From contig JAYWIR010000010.1 in NCBI GenBank assembly GCA_036172245.1, positions 3,224,001 through 3,288,000 on the forward strand: a stretch of 64,000 bases of DNA, in the 5' to 3' direction. The notes beneath the pieces are model-generated. The model was not told the origin of the DNA. It saw nothing but the letters and a program-made list of their open reading frames with translations, and searched no databases. The position numbers and the translations under genes were made by a program. Source of the stretch: Raillietiella orientalis. Lineage: Eukaryota. Below are positions 52,951 through 64,000 of this stretch, piece after piece; position 1 is the stretch's first letter; each line of letters begins with the position of its first letter.

Positions 52951-54020
52951 ACTACCAAGAGTTTAAGTGGATACAACGTTTGGAGCGAACCTGAGCATCA
53001 TGGAAGTTCCTGAAAGTAACTAAATTTTCATAAAACGGCAAGTATCATCTCGGGCTCAAACGAGGTGATACTTGTTATTTGAGTTACGGCATCTGAGCTA
53101 CTCCTACTGAGATAGAATGAATCCATGAACAGCACTGAATTTACGAGCTCACCTAGTTTTCAGGGTAGCTTGGAATCGCATGTCGCATCAACGGCTACTG
53201 AAAGACATGAAAGACTGGTAGCGCAGATCAAGGGCTTTACCCTGGAACATTGGAATTTGGTGGCCTCTTGACAGCCCGTTCGAAACAACATCTGGTTCTT
53301 CAGGGGGGAAGGAGGGTAGTCATGCAGGCCGGCAATCGTCCGTACGAGTAGGTATTTCAGCAACTCGACTGGAGGAGGCAAGACGGAAGGAAGAGGGCAA
53401 GTGTCGAGGACTGCTCCTTCATTTCTCCACGAAAGGTGTGCTTACATCAGCAAAGGCACTCGTCTTGAAGTACCTGAAATCGATAAGGCGATGGAGGAAC
53501 TAAAGATCCCGGAAAGACAGGCCGAGAATATCAAAGAAAATAAAGAAACAGCGTGCTTAAATCTTTGGTGCTCCTGAGATGCATTGGAAGCAACGAATTG
53601 ATCATACTGAAAGCACTCTCCAGGAAGGAGGAAACAGCTACGCTACCAACATAGTGGAAATTCTCCCCTACATATCCACAGAAACTCATATTGAATATAA
53701 TTGTAAACACAAAATGCTAATAAGAAGATGTTAAGACCAGGGGTCGCGGTTGTGAAACAAACCGGTCAAGAAAAATCAAGCGGATAAAGCCTTTACATAT
53801 AACTGGATGGATGTCTTCGCAATATGAAAATAGCGAAGTGGAAAACGCGGGTTTTTATCCGGTGAGACCGGGACGATTATGTGGAAGAGAAACCTTAAGT
53901 GAGAGGGGAAGAAGAGCATCTCTCGAAACTAAGAGAAATGTCAAAAAAAAAAAAGTTAATTCGGGTTAACCACCGGCACGCAGGTCGGCTTCTAAAAAGT
54001 AGGGAACGGAGTGAAGAGAA

Positions 54021-54310
54021 AATTATCCCTAATTTATTACCTATGAATAATTAGAAATATTAATTTGTCAGCATATCACCTCCAAATAAAATTTCACTAT
54101 ATTTTGTTACATATAGCAATTATCCTATTTAACTCATGAATATTCGAATATTAAATATGAATTTTTAATTAATTTTACTCTGATACAAAAGATAATTAAT
54201 TTTAATACTTTACTATTATTTACTTAAATCCTTTTCAGTACTTTTCACTATCACTATAAAATAAAATTTTTTACTAATAATTTCATACTTAAATTCAACA
54301 AAATTTTAAA
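54021..54310 (-). rRNA. rrnL: Mitochondrial 16S rRNA 5' fragment (non-functional nuclear copy)
   Basis: Reverse complement contains AGTACTGAAAAGGA, TATCTTTTGTATCAG (variant of TACCTTTTGTATCAG), GAGTTAA, ATGTAACAAAA, GGTGATATG and GGGATAA in the expected order. Confidence 0.75.
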
Positions 54311-54361
54311 TAATTATCAATATCGAATTCATCTTTACCTTAAGAAGTAAATTACCCCCTT

Positions 54362-54530
54362 GCCTAGATACAGCTTCCGGTACATCCACTATGTTACGAC
54401 TTATCGAACTTTATATCAGAGCGATGAGCAATTTGTATTCAATGATTATTATATTTAATTTCCCTTTCTCAAATAAATTTACAATTAAATCCTATTTCAA
54501 TATAAAATTACATATATACATCCAAGTTTA
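54362..54530 (-). rRNA. rrnS: Mitochondrial 12S rRNA 3' fragment (non-functional nuclear copy)
   Basis: Reverse complement contains AAGTCGTAACA followed by the terminal GGAA-loop helix (54365-54404). Plus strand also has AGAGCGATGAGCAATTTGTA, a variant of the conserved AGAGCGACGGGCGATGTGTA, and TTAAATCC. Confidence 0.9.
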
Positions 54531-54779
54531 TAAATAAATAAACAAAGCCGGGAGGATAAGGAGAGAGGTATTTGGTTGAAGACGTTGCATTCCTTCTAAA
54601 AGCGGTTCTGAACGGTGGCAATCTTCCTGGCGACTTCTTCTGGCAGGTAAGGACAGCCGCGTGGTGGCTTTTTGAAGACGGCTGCCATGCTGGTGGCTTC
54701 TATTCGCCGTGAACCTGACTCCAGCACGTGGCAGGCCATCACTATGGTGCGGATCCAGCGGACCGTTGCTATCACAGCG

Positions 54780-55921
54780 CCACCTCATAGTGCAGTGCGT
54801 CGCCCTCCGGGACTTGTGAGAACGCTTTTCCGCGTCCCTTCCACACGCCGTGGACGACCCCAGAGACTCTTTGACCCAGAGACTCTCAGTCGCAGCTCCG
54901 TGCTGCGTGCGCGGTGTCCTTGCGGCTAATGGAGACACCGAGGGAGGCCGCAGCGACGGGGGGGCTGTGCTGCACTCCACCGCTCCTGCGGATGGCTTCT
55001 TCCGCAGGAAGGCTGGCCCACCTGGGAAGGAAGAGCGAGGAGCTCGCTGGCATCCTTCAATATACGCTGAGGCCTCACCCACCACGAAATGCGATCCCTT
55101 CCCATCTCCCCAATTAATTTTGTCGTCGTTGTTGTTTTGTTAATCTTTATCGTTTGTTATAGTTTGTTTTCTTTTTGTTCTAATTTTGTTTCATTCCTCT
55201 TCCCCTTCGTGTACGTGATGGACTTCACTGGATCTCCCTCTTTTTTCCTAATGTAATAATTGGAATCGGTGAGCCTTTTGGCTCCATCGATTCCTGCAAG
55301 AGGAAGAAACGCCTCGGCGCACCCGGCTGTGAAATCACAGAGCCTTTCTTGAGCCTGCTTTCTGTGAAGAATCGTCGCAGCAAGTTCCTAGCGGTTTCCT
55401 GCGGTTGTCGCAGAGGCGAAGCGAGTCTCCACCACATGTCCTCCAGGGCACTGCAGTCCAGCAAAAGATGCAGGAGATGCAGAGGTGACTGCATCACCCC
55501 GCACGCAAAACAGTCCGAGGAGGCATCTCTCCCAGAAACCAGGCGCCTGCGTTGGTTGCACCGGAATCCCCTCTGCAGAAACAACAGAACGTACCTTTGA
55601 ATCGGAGCCGGAACACGGAGGTGTCCAAACACAGGGGAGGAACTACGAGTTCTTCGAAGGATATTCCAAAAAGCTCACACCATGGAAGGAGACCACGGAA
55701 ACGAGGGGTGGCGGTGTTCACCAATCCGCTTGTCTTGCAGCCGTTGAAGAGTTTTTCGATTCATGCAATGCTGCCGGAGAGCTTCCACCCCACCGGCTGG
55801 CTTCTGTGATTGCTTGCCCTGAGGGCAGACAGTGCTGCGGCAAGGGGCGTGATTGCCATCCCGGGCCACTGCGTCGAATCCTGCAGGAGATCTCCCAACG
55901 GTTTGCGGAAGAGATTCTGCA
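54780..55921. repeat. ~1.14 kb near-identical duplication, copy 2 of 15970-17111 (family B + and family C - zf-RVT fragments)
   Basis: Direct sequence identity at offset 38810. Confidence 0.97.
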
Positions 55922-58900
55922 GCAGTCGCAGCTACTCTGGGCGCACCTCGAGTGGAAGTGCGGCCGGAAGACACTGGTGGAAGACACAGCTTTCAAACCT
56001 CCGTCCTGTCATCCATTTTGTTCCCTAGCTGTTTTTCTCAATACAGCTGCATGGGATGGTGCTGAATTTTTCCTTTGCCTTCTCCCCCACGAAGCAAATT
56101 AAGGACCATCTCCCCACAAATTGTCTTTTTTTGGAGACAGAAGGGAATTTTTGTATTCGAGTCTGCAAAAGAATGAACAAGATTGAGCGGAAACGAATTG
56201 AACATCAGAGGTCATTGCGACGTTCTCATTCAGACATCACTGAGAGTCGAGTCTCATTGGAGGAGCTAAGATTTACAGAGTCTCTTTACGATCAACAGCA
56301 AAATGGGGGACGCAACGAAACGGTCACGAGGGCGCAGAGGAAGAAAACCCCATTGGAACCATCGATCGCTCGTTCTTCGGGTGCCCGAGGTTGGCTCGCG
56401 TTTCGCATTCCTTTAGCAATACCGACTGCTTCTCGCTTGGGAGGCTCGGCTTTTCTTCCTTCACGGCGGTTTCGGAGCTTAGCGGAAAACGTCCCGTAAG
56501 CGACCGAGAGTATGCTTTGCTCCTCCACGTTCCTTCTGCGCATTCGATATTTGCCTTCTGTGCCTCATCCAGCTGTCTTGGACCAAGACTATCCTCCGCA
56601 CAAACGAAAAGCATTCTGCTCCAGCCAGGGGCAACGGATTGCGCGCGCACTGCTGTTGACATGTGGGTCTTTCGGCCATTTCCATGATTCCAATCATCTT
56701 TTGAAACGCTCAGTATTTTATTTTATTTTTTTTTTATAGCCGCAAGCATTGTGAAACCGAATAACTAACTACAAGAATCATTTCAATTTCGGCATTTCGA
56801 ACCCTTCATTTCATGAAACTGCATGCACTGAGGGATCAGTGAGCGGATCGGAATGAAGAAATGACTATACAAAAAACATCAGGGGTCCATCAGCAAGCGG
56901 AGGATGCAGGCGCGCATGTGAACAGAATCTTTCCTCTTTCGATATAATGCAACTAATTAATATGCATGCGAAGACTCGCAGTAAGTAACAGTCAGGACAG
57001 GTCAAAGAACACCATCATTGAAAATAAATGAATGAAACAAGGAAATGAGCTCTGTAAACATTCATTTCACAGTCTGCAAAGAGCCTTTCGGGACTGTGTG
57101 CAACCTTTAGAAATGTCCAGGAAGAATCGTGGAAACAGTTTTTTAAGCGACTCCAATTACAAAGAAATGAATTTTTCCACATTTACTCTGAAGGGAGGCA
57201 ATCACTTCTTGAGAGTCTCCTTTCTATGCTGGCAGGGGTGAGAAATTTTATCCTCCTGATCAGGCATTTACGAATGACGTCATCTTCACAAAGGTTTCAG
57301 TTCATTCTATACGCAGCCTTTCCATTTCGCTGCTGCTGACTTTCCTGGTCTTGCAAAGAGGATTTCTCTTTTGCTTTGTTCTGAACTTTCTAAACTTTGC
57401 AAACTGGACTCTTACATAATGATGACCGTGATTTACATTGCCTCTACACAATTCGGCTAATAAGCCTATTTATTGCCCCTGAGAATCATTTATTGATTAC
57501 TCTGTTTGGCCTATTCATTGGACCAAGTTTGAGCATCAGTTCGTGTAATGCTGCGAATTATCTATCTGTTTTCGTCACTGAATTAAATTTGGTTGTAGTG
57601 ATTTTTTTCTTGTAGATCAGCTCCATTGCTAGAACGATATGTATCTCGAATCAATTTTTTCAGGTAATTTCATCATGGCGGAGATCCGGAGCATTTCTCA
57701 CGGACCGTTCTTCAATTTCATTTCGCAATGAGGACCTCAATCCAGCATGCTAAAACACCCCATGTCGATGCGATGTGTTATCATTTACGAGGTCCTTTTC
57801 ACTTAGTAGTCATGACTTTCTCAATCGTCTTACGGGCATCTGAACATATGCCTGCTAAGGTCGCGCACTCCAACTCAATTAAGAGTTATTTCAATGCAGA
57901 ACAGGAGGTCTTCATCGGCTTGAAAATTTTTTGTATGCAGAAGTAAATGCCAGACTTGACTTTTCATCCGATGATGCTGCTCATCATGAAGCTTTCGGAT
58001 GGAAAAAGCAAGTATTCATGTTCGTTGAATGAAGAACAACGGTAATTCAAAATCTATGAGAATGCCATCCTTAATCAGAGATGAAAACTGCAAACTCAGA
58101 GGTTTAACTGATTCACTGAAGTAATGGCTAAAGATCACCTCAGAACTTTTCCGTGCATTCATTCATTGCAATATTTATCAATTCATGTACAATTGCTCAC
58201 TGACGCTTATTTCTTTTGATTATTAGCACGCAATATTAGTTATTTAATTATATTGTTCAATCATTTACTCATTGCTACGGCTACCTTTTATTCCATTGCA
58301 ACTATCTGGATTCAGTTTGGTTCCAGGACTCCTTTTCTTGCTTCTATTCCACACACCCACTTTTGCTCGAAGATTCACTAAGAATGATTTGGTTTCCGGT
58401 CTCTGTACCCTTTCCATAACTTCCCGTATCCGGCAAACAGTCACATAGGATTACACTCATATTGCACTGTTTTCTAGTTTTGCCATTCCAGTTCGAATGC
58501 TTTCGAACATTTTTTAAACCGTCAGTTTTTGATGAATACTTCTATTAGATATCGGAATGCCCATTGATCCATTCGTCCCTCATTCATGACGTATGAGCCT
58601 TGTCGCCTAGACAGTCGCATTTTCTATAAAGAGACGGATACATTAAAAAAACGGTTTTTTCCTTTTATTCAGGTTCTTATTCCAAAATGCTTTCTATTTC
58701 TTTTCTTTTTTTTTCCCAAGAACTCTATCAAATGCTGGGGTGTCTCCAACGGATGTTTTTTGCTTGGTATCGAAGGCAGAACCACTTTTGGAACATGAAT
58801 GCTATCACCACAATTGGTATATCCTCAATATAATAAGAAATCAGCCTATTCCATGCTTTCAGGCATATTGCTGCGATGGACTGAACAGCGCAACCTTCGG

Positions 58901-59149
58901 TCCGGGGAGGCATCACTTTTGCAAGAGTTCTGCTTCAGTCTTGGAACCACACTCAGTCGAAATCGGAAAGACTACAGGATCGTTGTGGTTCGTGTATTTT
59001 TACGAGGATGGCCAGAAACAGGATGAATTTGCCGGATGATGGATTCGACAGGTCTCTGTAGAAAAAGACCGCGCTAAAGGAAACGGCACTTGAACTTCAG
59101 CTGCATCTCCCCTTCTCATTAAATATCTGCCCTGCATACAACGATTTCA

Positions 59150-59650
59150 ACCTTCTTCGGTGACAAGCCATCGTCCGCTTTGGAGCTGCACCTCGGCAAA
59201 TGCCAACGTGAAAACGATTCTTCCGCCATCCGGGAGCCGAAAATAAACGCTTCGTGGTTGAGGCATTTGTACACGAAAGTGAGTCCAACAAAAGGCTTGT
59301 CGCCATCCACGTACAAAGAGTTTCAGGCAGAACTACAAAGCTCCATGGAATCGGATTTGTTGCCGGGATCACGCGATTCCGATGGCCGGGAAAGCACCTC
59401 GCTGCTGCGACCAGACATCACAGTGCCTGAAACATCACTTTCACAAACAGTGAGGTCGCTCCATGAAGGAACACTTATTGGAGTAAGAAGCTGACAGAAA
59501 GGCATGATGGCATCCATGGACCAAATTTCAAGGAGGGAACAATCCACACATTCTACTTCCGAATAGTGTGGATTCGTTACTGCCCACGAGGAGACCTCTG
59601 CAGGCTCGCCTGGTAGGTGGTTCGCCTTTCCAATTATTCTAACAGACAAA
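59150..59650 (+). pseudogene. Possible LRR gene remnant
   Basis: WLRHLY…GLSP…EFQAEL…GRESTSLL…ITVPETSL loosely follows LRR spacing. Weak. Confidence 0.2.
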
Positions 59651-60899
59651 GAATTTGCATGAAATAATAGGTTAATCGAGGAACATCTCGTGATCTTGGA
59701 CGAGCAGCTTCGTGATATTCGCGGTCATCATCAGGCAAGGATACTGTTGCGAGGAGATTTTGTATCTCTTCTTCGAACACTAAATTAAGGGCGCGAAGCT
59801 TTTCTCCCTACCGAAGTGCTGCTTCGCATGAAGCTCGCGTCTCCGTGGCACCATCGAAAGTCAGAAAACAAGCTGTATGGGTGAATTCGACCTGAGAGAA
59901 TCAATGAGACGCGGTGCTGCATAGGGACAGCATGACGAAAGTATCATCGATTTTTTATATTCTTATTGCCTCATTTAATCGTCAAGTATCCCTTGACGCA
60001 TTTTGCCAACGAGGCAAGGAGAGACAAACAGTCGTAAAGACTACGCCTACGGCGTGGAGCCTCTTCCTAAAGATTTAATGCATACCTTAGAATAACAGAG
60101 CATTTTCCGTTTCCCTTCGATGCCTTGAATGAAACGCAGTTTCTTCCCGAGTAACATCGCACCAGCAGCTTGGTTCATCTACAGCAAGCTCACAGGGATT
60201 TATCCTGTGCCACACTGCAATCCCGACTGTTGTTCACACAGTCGTTTCCAGAGAAACATCAGTACTTTTCGAGATTCAGAAATTTGATTGGAATATCGAT
60301 CCTGGTTTTTTGAATAGTACTCAGTAGACAAACCTAAAGACTTACGGGGATGATTCTCATCATAGGTTCAGGAAGGAACTACGGGCTTGCGGGACGAAAC
60401 ATGAATGCTCCATCACCAATGTCTTTCGCTCCACCACAAGCTTCAGGACGAGAGAAGGGGAACATCAAGGTCGGATAGGGTATCGGGCAAGGAAAGAGCC
60501 CTAGCCAAACGCTCTTTAGTCTGTTCTTTGAACTGGCTCTGAGCGCTCACTGGAGAGCTCCAGCATGCCTTCCTTCCAGCCGACGTGACACGCCTGCTGC
60601 TACTGACGTTCACTCCAACAAATTGCTGCTTCTCCTGCTGTCCATGAGAACCCCAACAACCGCGCTCGGAACACTCTTCGAGTTCATTCGGCACCGTGCT
60701 GGCGTCCAAGTAACCCAGAAATATGCCAGAAATCGTGACATTTGGTCGATCTCTAAGTGCGGGCTGATCTTCTCCGCTACTTCCTGTAGCAAGGTCCCCT
60801 ACTTAATTGTAGGCACCTATAGAGTCGTTCTACCAAAGGAAGAGTCTGATCTGCCTGTTTGAAGTAGGTGCAGCTTGCCCTAGCTGTCTTCCACATCCG

Positions 60900-62420
60900 C
60901 GTACTTCTCCTAGCCAAGATGGAAGACGGAATATGGATTTCTTGTCCGACTCCCTCTTCTGCTCCCTATTCTTTGCTTTCCTCAGAGACTGTTGGTGGTG
61001 CTGTTAAGTCGCACGCTCGATGCAGAACGCCCTTTGGACTTCGCTAGATCCAAGGTGTGCTTTAAGGATCTAGTCACCTCCCTCAAGAACGCGGACCGAA
61101 ACTTGTTGGTCGCTGAACGGATGAAGAACGCAAGCATAGTTGCGGAGGTTGATCCCCGTGGCAAGGATGTACTCTGATGTCTTCCTTAGAGCATCTGCAG
61201 CCTGGTCAGCCACCAGAACGTGTTTTCCATGCACGAGGTGCCTGCACGTGATGGCTCCAGGGGAAAAAGTGTACCAAGATGCTGCTTTCCTGCCTCTGGA
61301 AGACTGCAGTCTTCATCTTGGACGAGAGAAAAGCCCTCTCTGCCGAGATCCGCTCCACTGCCAGAACAGTGGCGGTGGAGTTTCGAGTGCACACAGAGCT
61401 TCCGTATCAGGAGCTAATGCTTATCCAGGTGAAGAGGAGGAGGCACATCTAGATAGGTCTTATCGAATCCACCTTCGAGAGCATCAGCAAGGACAACTAT
61501 ACGGTGTCCTTGCTGGACTGTTACGTCAGACGGGGTGTTTTATTAAAGAAGGAAGTGAACTGCGGAAGAATTTGCGTCGGCGGTTCTTCCGCAACCTCAG
61601 GCGAGAACAAGAATTGCTGCCTGCTTCTCTCATAGCTTTGCTAATGGGGGAGAACGAGTGAGTAACTTGCCGCCCACTGAACAAAAACTCGAGGCGGCAG
61701 GAATCCCTGGGGTAGTGGAGGCTCATGAAGGTCAACCCCCCCCCCAACAACAACAGTGCCACTCACCACCTGGAGAAAGTCCCTCTGACGAGAGATTGTG
61801 AGCAACATGTGAACCTACTTTCTAGGAGCATCGCAAAATCGTTCACAATGCCACGCGCACAATGTGAAGAGGAGGAAGAGGGGATTCATGCCGGGGTGAA
61901 GAAGGTTGTCAAGCCCATCGCTCAGTGGACCACGTCTCGGCTGGCAAAGGAAACCACACTCAAAGAGCTAGTTCAGAACCCACAAAGATGGACCAATTTT
62001 CTTGGAATTCCTGGAGGAAACTTTGAGATCCTGGGATTCCTGATAGGCACCTCCGTACTTACTCTGTGCTGCCAGTACCGAGGTCTCCCTCTACAAGAAG
62101 AAGGAACGTCAGCACACATCCACAGGGAACATCCCTGGGAAATTCATTACTCATTGCAGAACAGTTAAAAACCCTTCTGCTGGCGCTTCAAGAATGCTCC
62201 AGAGGATGCAGCAGGGCTGAAAGTGTCACACAGACCTTCCACATTCCAGATGGTATTTCCTTGGATCTTCTTGGAAGGTTCATCTTATTTGGCTTATCAA
62301 TTGTGTCTTCGCTGGATCTCCGCTACATGAGAACGAAAGTAACAGGCGAAATAGAAGAGTTGCCATGCAAAGTAGCCATTTACAGCCGCCATTGCTCCAT
62401 CAGGAGGGAAATGAAATGAA
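60900..62420 (+). mobile_element. Degenerate non-LTR ORF2 5' part (APE endonuclease remnant) plus downstream pieces
   Basis: Ordered motifs VVLLSR (GVAIL-like), LHVMAP (NVYAP-like) and HLDRSY (RLDRI.Y-like). Multiple stops. Confidence 0.45.
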
Positions 62421-64000
62421 ATAAACTGAAAGATAGGATTAAAAGGGAGCATCCGGATGATTGTGGCTGCACCACCTGCAAACCGGTGATAACCTCCCAT
62501 TTTCTGACCTCCTACTCCGTATGACTCACGCCTTTGGGGATCGTTCACTATAATGAAACCGGTTCCTTCCACCCTCCACTTATTTCCTTTTTTGTATATT
62601 GAACCCCTCATTCCTTCTGCCGTGCACTCTTCCCTTAGTGATCTTCCAGTGAAGCTGAGCTCTTTCTTTCGGGCCCACACACGCCTTGCCCTTTCCGTGT
62701 TTTTATTTCATTTATCTATTTTAATTATGAACTACCACGTTCTCATGATTTGTATCTTCGGTTCCTTACGACATCCCCATCAACCAGCAACAGTGTCAGC
62801 TTTCGGGTCCACATCATCACAGTTGTTTTAAGAACTTCCCCTCTGGAAGACCTTCCAAAGGCGGTAGAGAACGTTCTAATAGCTCCAGCGGCATCCTGTG
62901 AAGGATTCAGAAGCGTAAATGGGCAAAAATTTGGAATCACGAGTGCCATGTTTTAGAGTGCCATGTTTTTATTTGCCTCGTTGTGAGTTCTTCCAAGCCG
63001 ATGCCTCAGCAGATACAGTGATTACCCGTTGGCATCCTATAAATGACGAGATGCTCCAAAGATATTTGTTATCACGACGTTCTTTTGGACGAATCACCTG
63101 CGAAAACTGACGTAAAAGAACCGATGCCATGGCCATCGTAAATACAAACTCAGTCATGTCCAAATAGAGCTGCATGAATATATTCGCGGCTGCGCATGCA
63201 GGAAGGAACACTTACGTGTTTGTGTGCATGCATGATTTGGATATTTTCCTCATCACGTGGTGCTTTTGATGAGGCGAGGCATCGGTGTCTGCAGTGTGAG
63301 TACAGCTTTAAATGCTATCAGTGCCATTACAAGTATGCACTGAACTGAAAATTCAGTTCACTTTCACATACGCAGCCTTCGAAATTTGCAACCCTCATTT
63401 CTACGAGAAGAGAACCCCATCTGGACTCACTCCTTGGTTATTTTTCTCGCTCGTGTCTTTCGGACTCTCTTCGATGACGAAGAGGTTTCCATCCTACGGG
63501 ACTGGGCACCTCTCAAACCCAAAAGTCCAATTTTCCGTTGCCATAGCAGGACGGGGGTCATTCAAGACTGCACATCTCTGAAAGAGAGTGTAAATTATAC
63601 CTCGCAAGAATAAGGACGTAGAGAGGAGTGCAAAGGATAATTTCTCCAGCGTGAGAAGCAGGGAATCTATGAGAACAGAAAAAATGCAAAAGGAAACTTC
63701 CTCTGAAGGTAATTAGATGAGCCAGTGAGGAGCATAAAACTCCGAAAATTGCTCTGTATCAACACGCGTGCTTCTCAAGTGAGCGTTTCACTAGCACTCA
63801 TGTCCTCTTCATAGGAAAGTGTTGGCGTTTCTCCTAAAATAGGATCGACAAGAACGAAAGAAAGATTAAAAAAGTGCGGCAAGAGATGACATTTCTGCAA
63901 AGATCCATCCCATTGTTCATCTGAGCAATTTCGAGTATTCCAATTTGCGTACATTTTGTACGTGTAAGTCCTAAATACAGAAATAGGCAAGGATTCACAA

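Larger units (their letters stand above)
54021..54530 (-). pseudogene. NUMT: mitochondrial 12S rRNA 3' end plus 16S rRNA 5' end
   Basis: Sharp, very AT-rich island containing conserved mitochondrial rRNA motifs in the arthropod rrnS-rrnL order and orientation. Confidence 0.9.
53930..54780 (-). mobile_element. Non-LTR family A 3' end/UTR, copy 3, split by a NUMT
   Basis: 53960-54020 matches 31573-31635 (ttcgggttaaccaccggcacgcaggtcgg…aaaaagtagggaa), and 54531-54780 resumes homology at ~31636. Confidence 0.75.

Noticed and set aside
62941..62970. 15 bp tandem duplication (GAGTGCCATGTTTT), and similar short duplications at ~43990 and ~20640
   Set aside because: Ordinary small tandem duplications with no further structure.
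1..64000. An intact prokaryotic system (operon, prophage, defence island)
   Set aside because: No long ORFs or operon structure. The only bacterial or phage signals are sub-100 bp fragments embedded in eukaryotic repeats.

Overview
This is eukaryotic, most likely arthropod, nuclear DNA with no intact protein-coding gene that I can support. The window is a dense mosaic of decayed fragments. Most come from L1/Tx1-like non-LTR retrotransposons in both orientations (mainly ORF2 3' ends with the C-terminal zf-RVT motif, plus some RT, endonuclease and ORF1 remnants). There is also one piggyBac remnant, palindromic MITE-like elements and weak remnants of host multigene families (NACHT-, LRR- and ionotropic-receptor-like). 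Two foreign-DNA captures sit inside retroelement copies. (1) A ~250 bp AT-rich patch (~10566-10818, duplicated at ~34584-34836) fuses a 32-codon phage terminase large-subunit (GpA) fragment, resembling that of Wolbachia prophage WO, tail-to-tail with a 21-codon bacterial ligA fragment, and ends in a fold-back hairpin. (2) A ~510 bp NUMT (12S 3' end plus 16S 5' end) lies at ~54021-54530. Two ~1.14 kb near-identical duplications (9803-10943/33821-34961 and 15970-17111/54780-55921) run into more diverged homologous flanks, suggesting gene conversion or recombination. All family assignments come from motif recognition by eye; no searches or alignments were run, and most boundaries are approximate.
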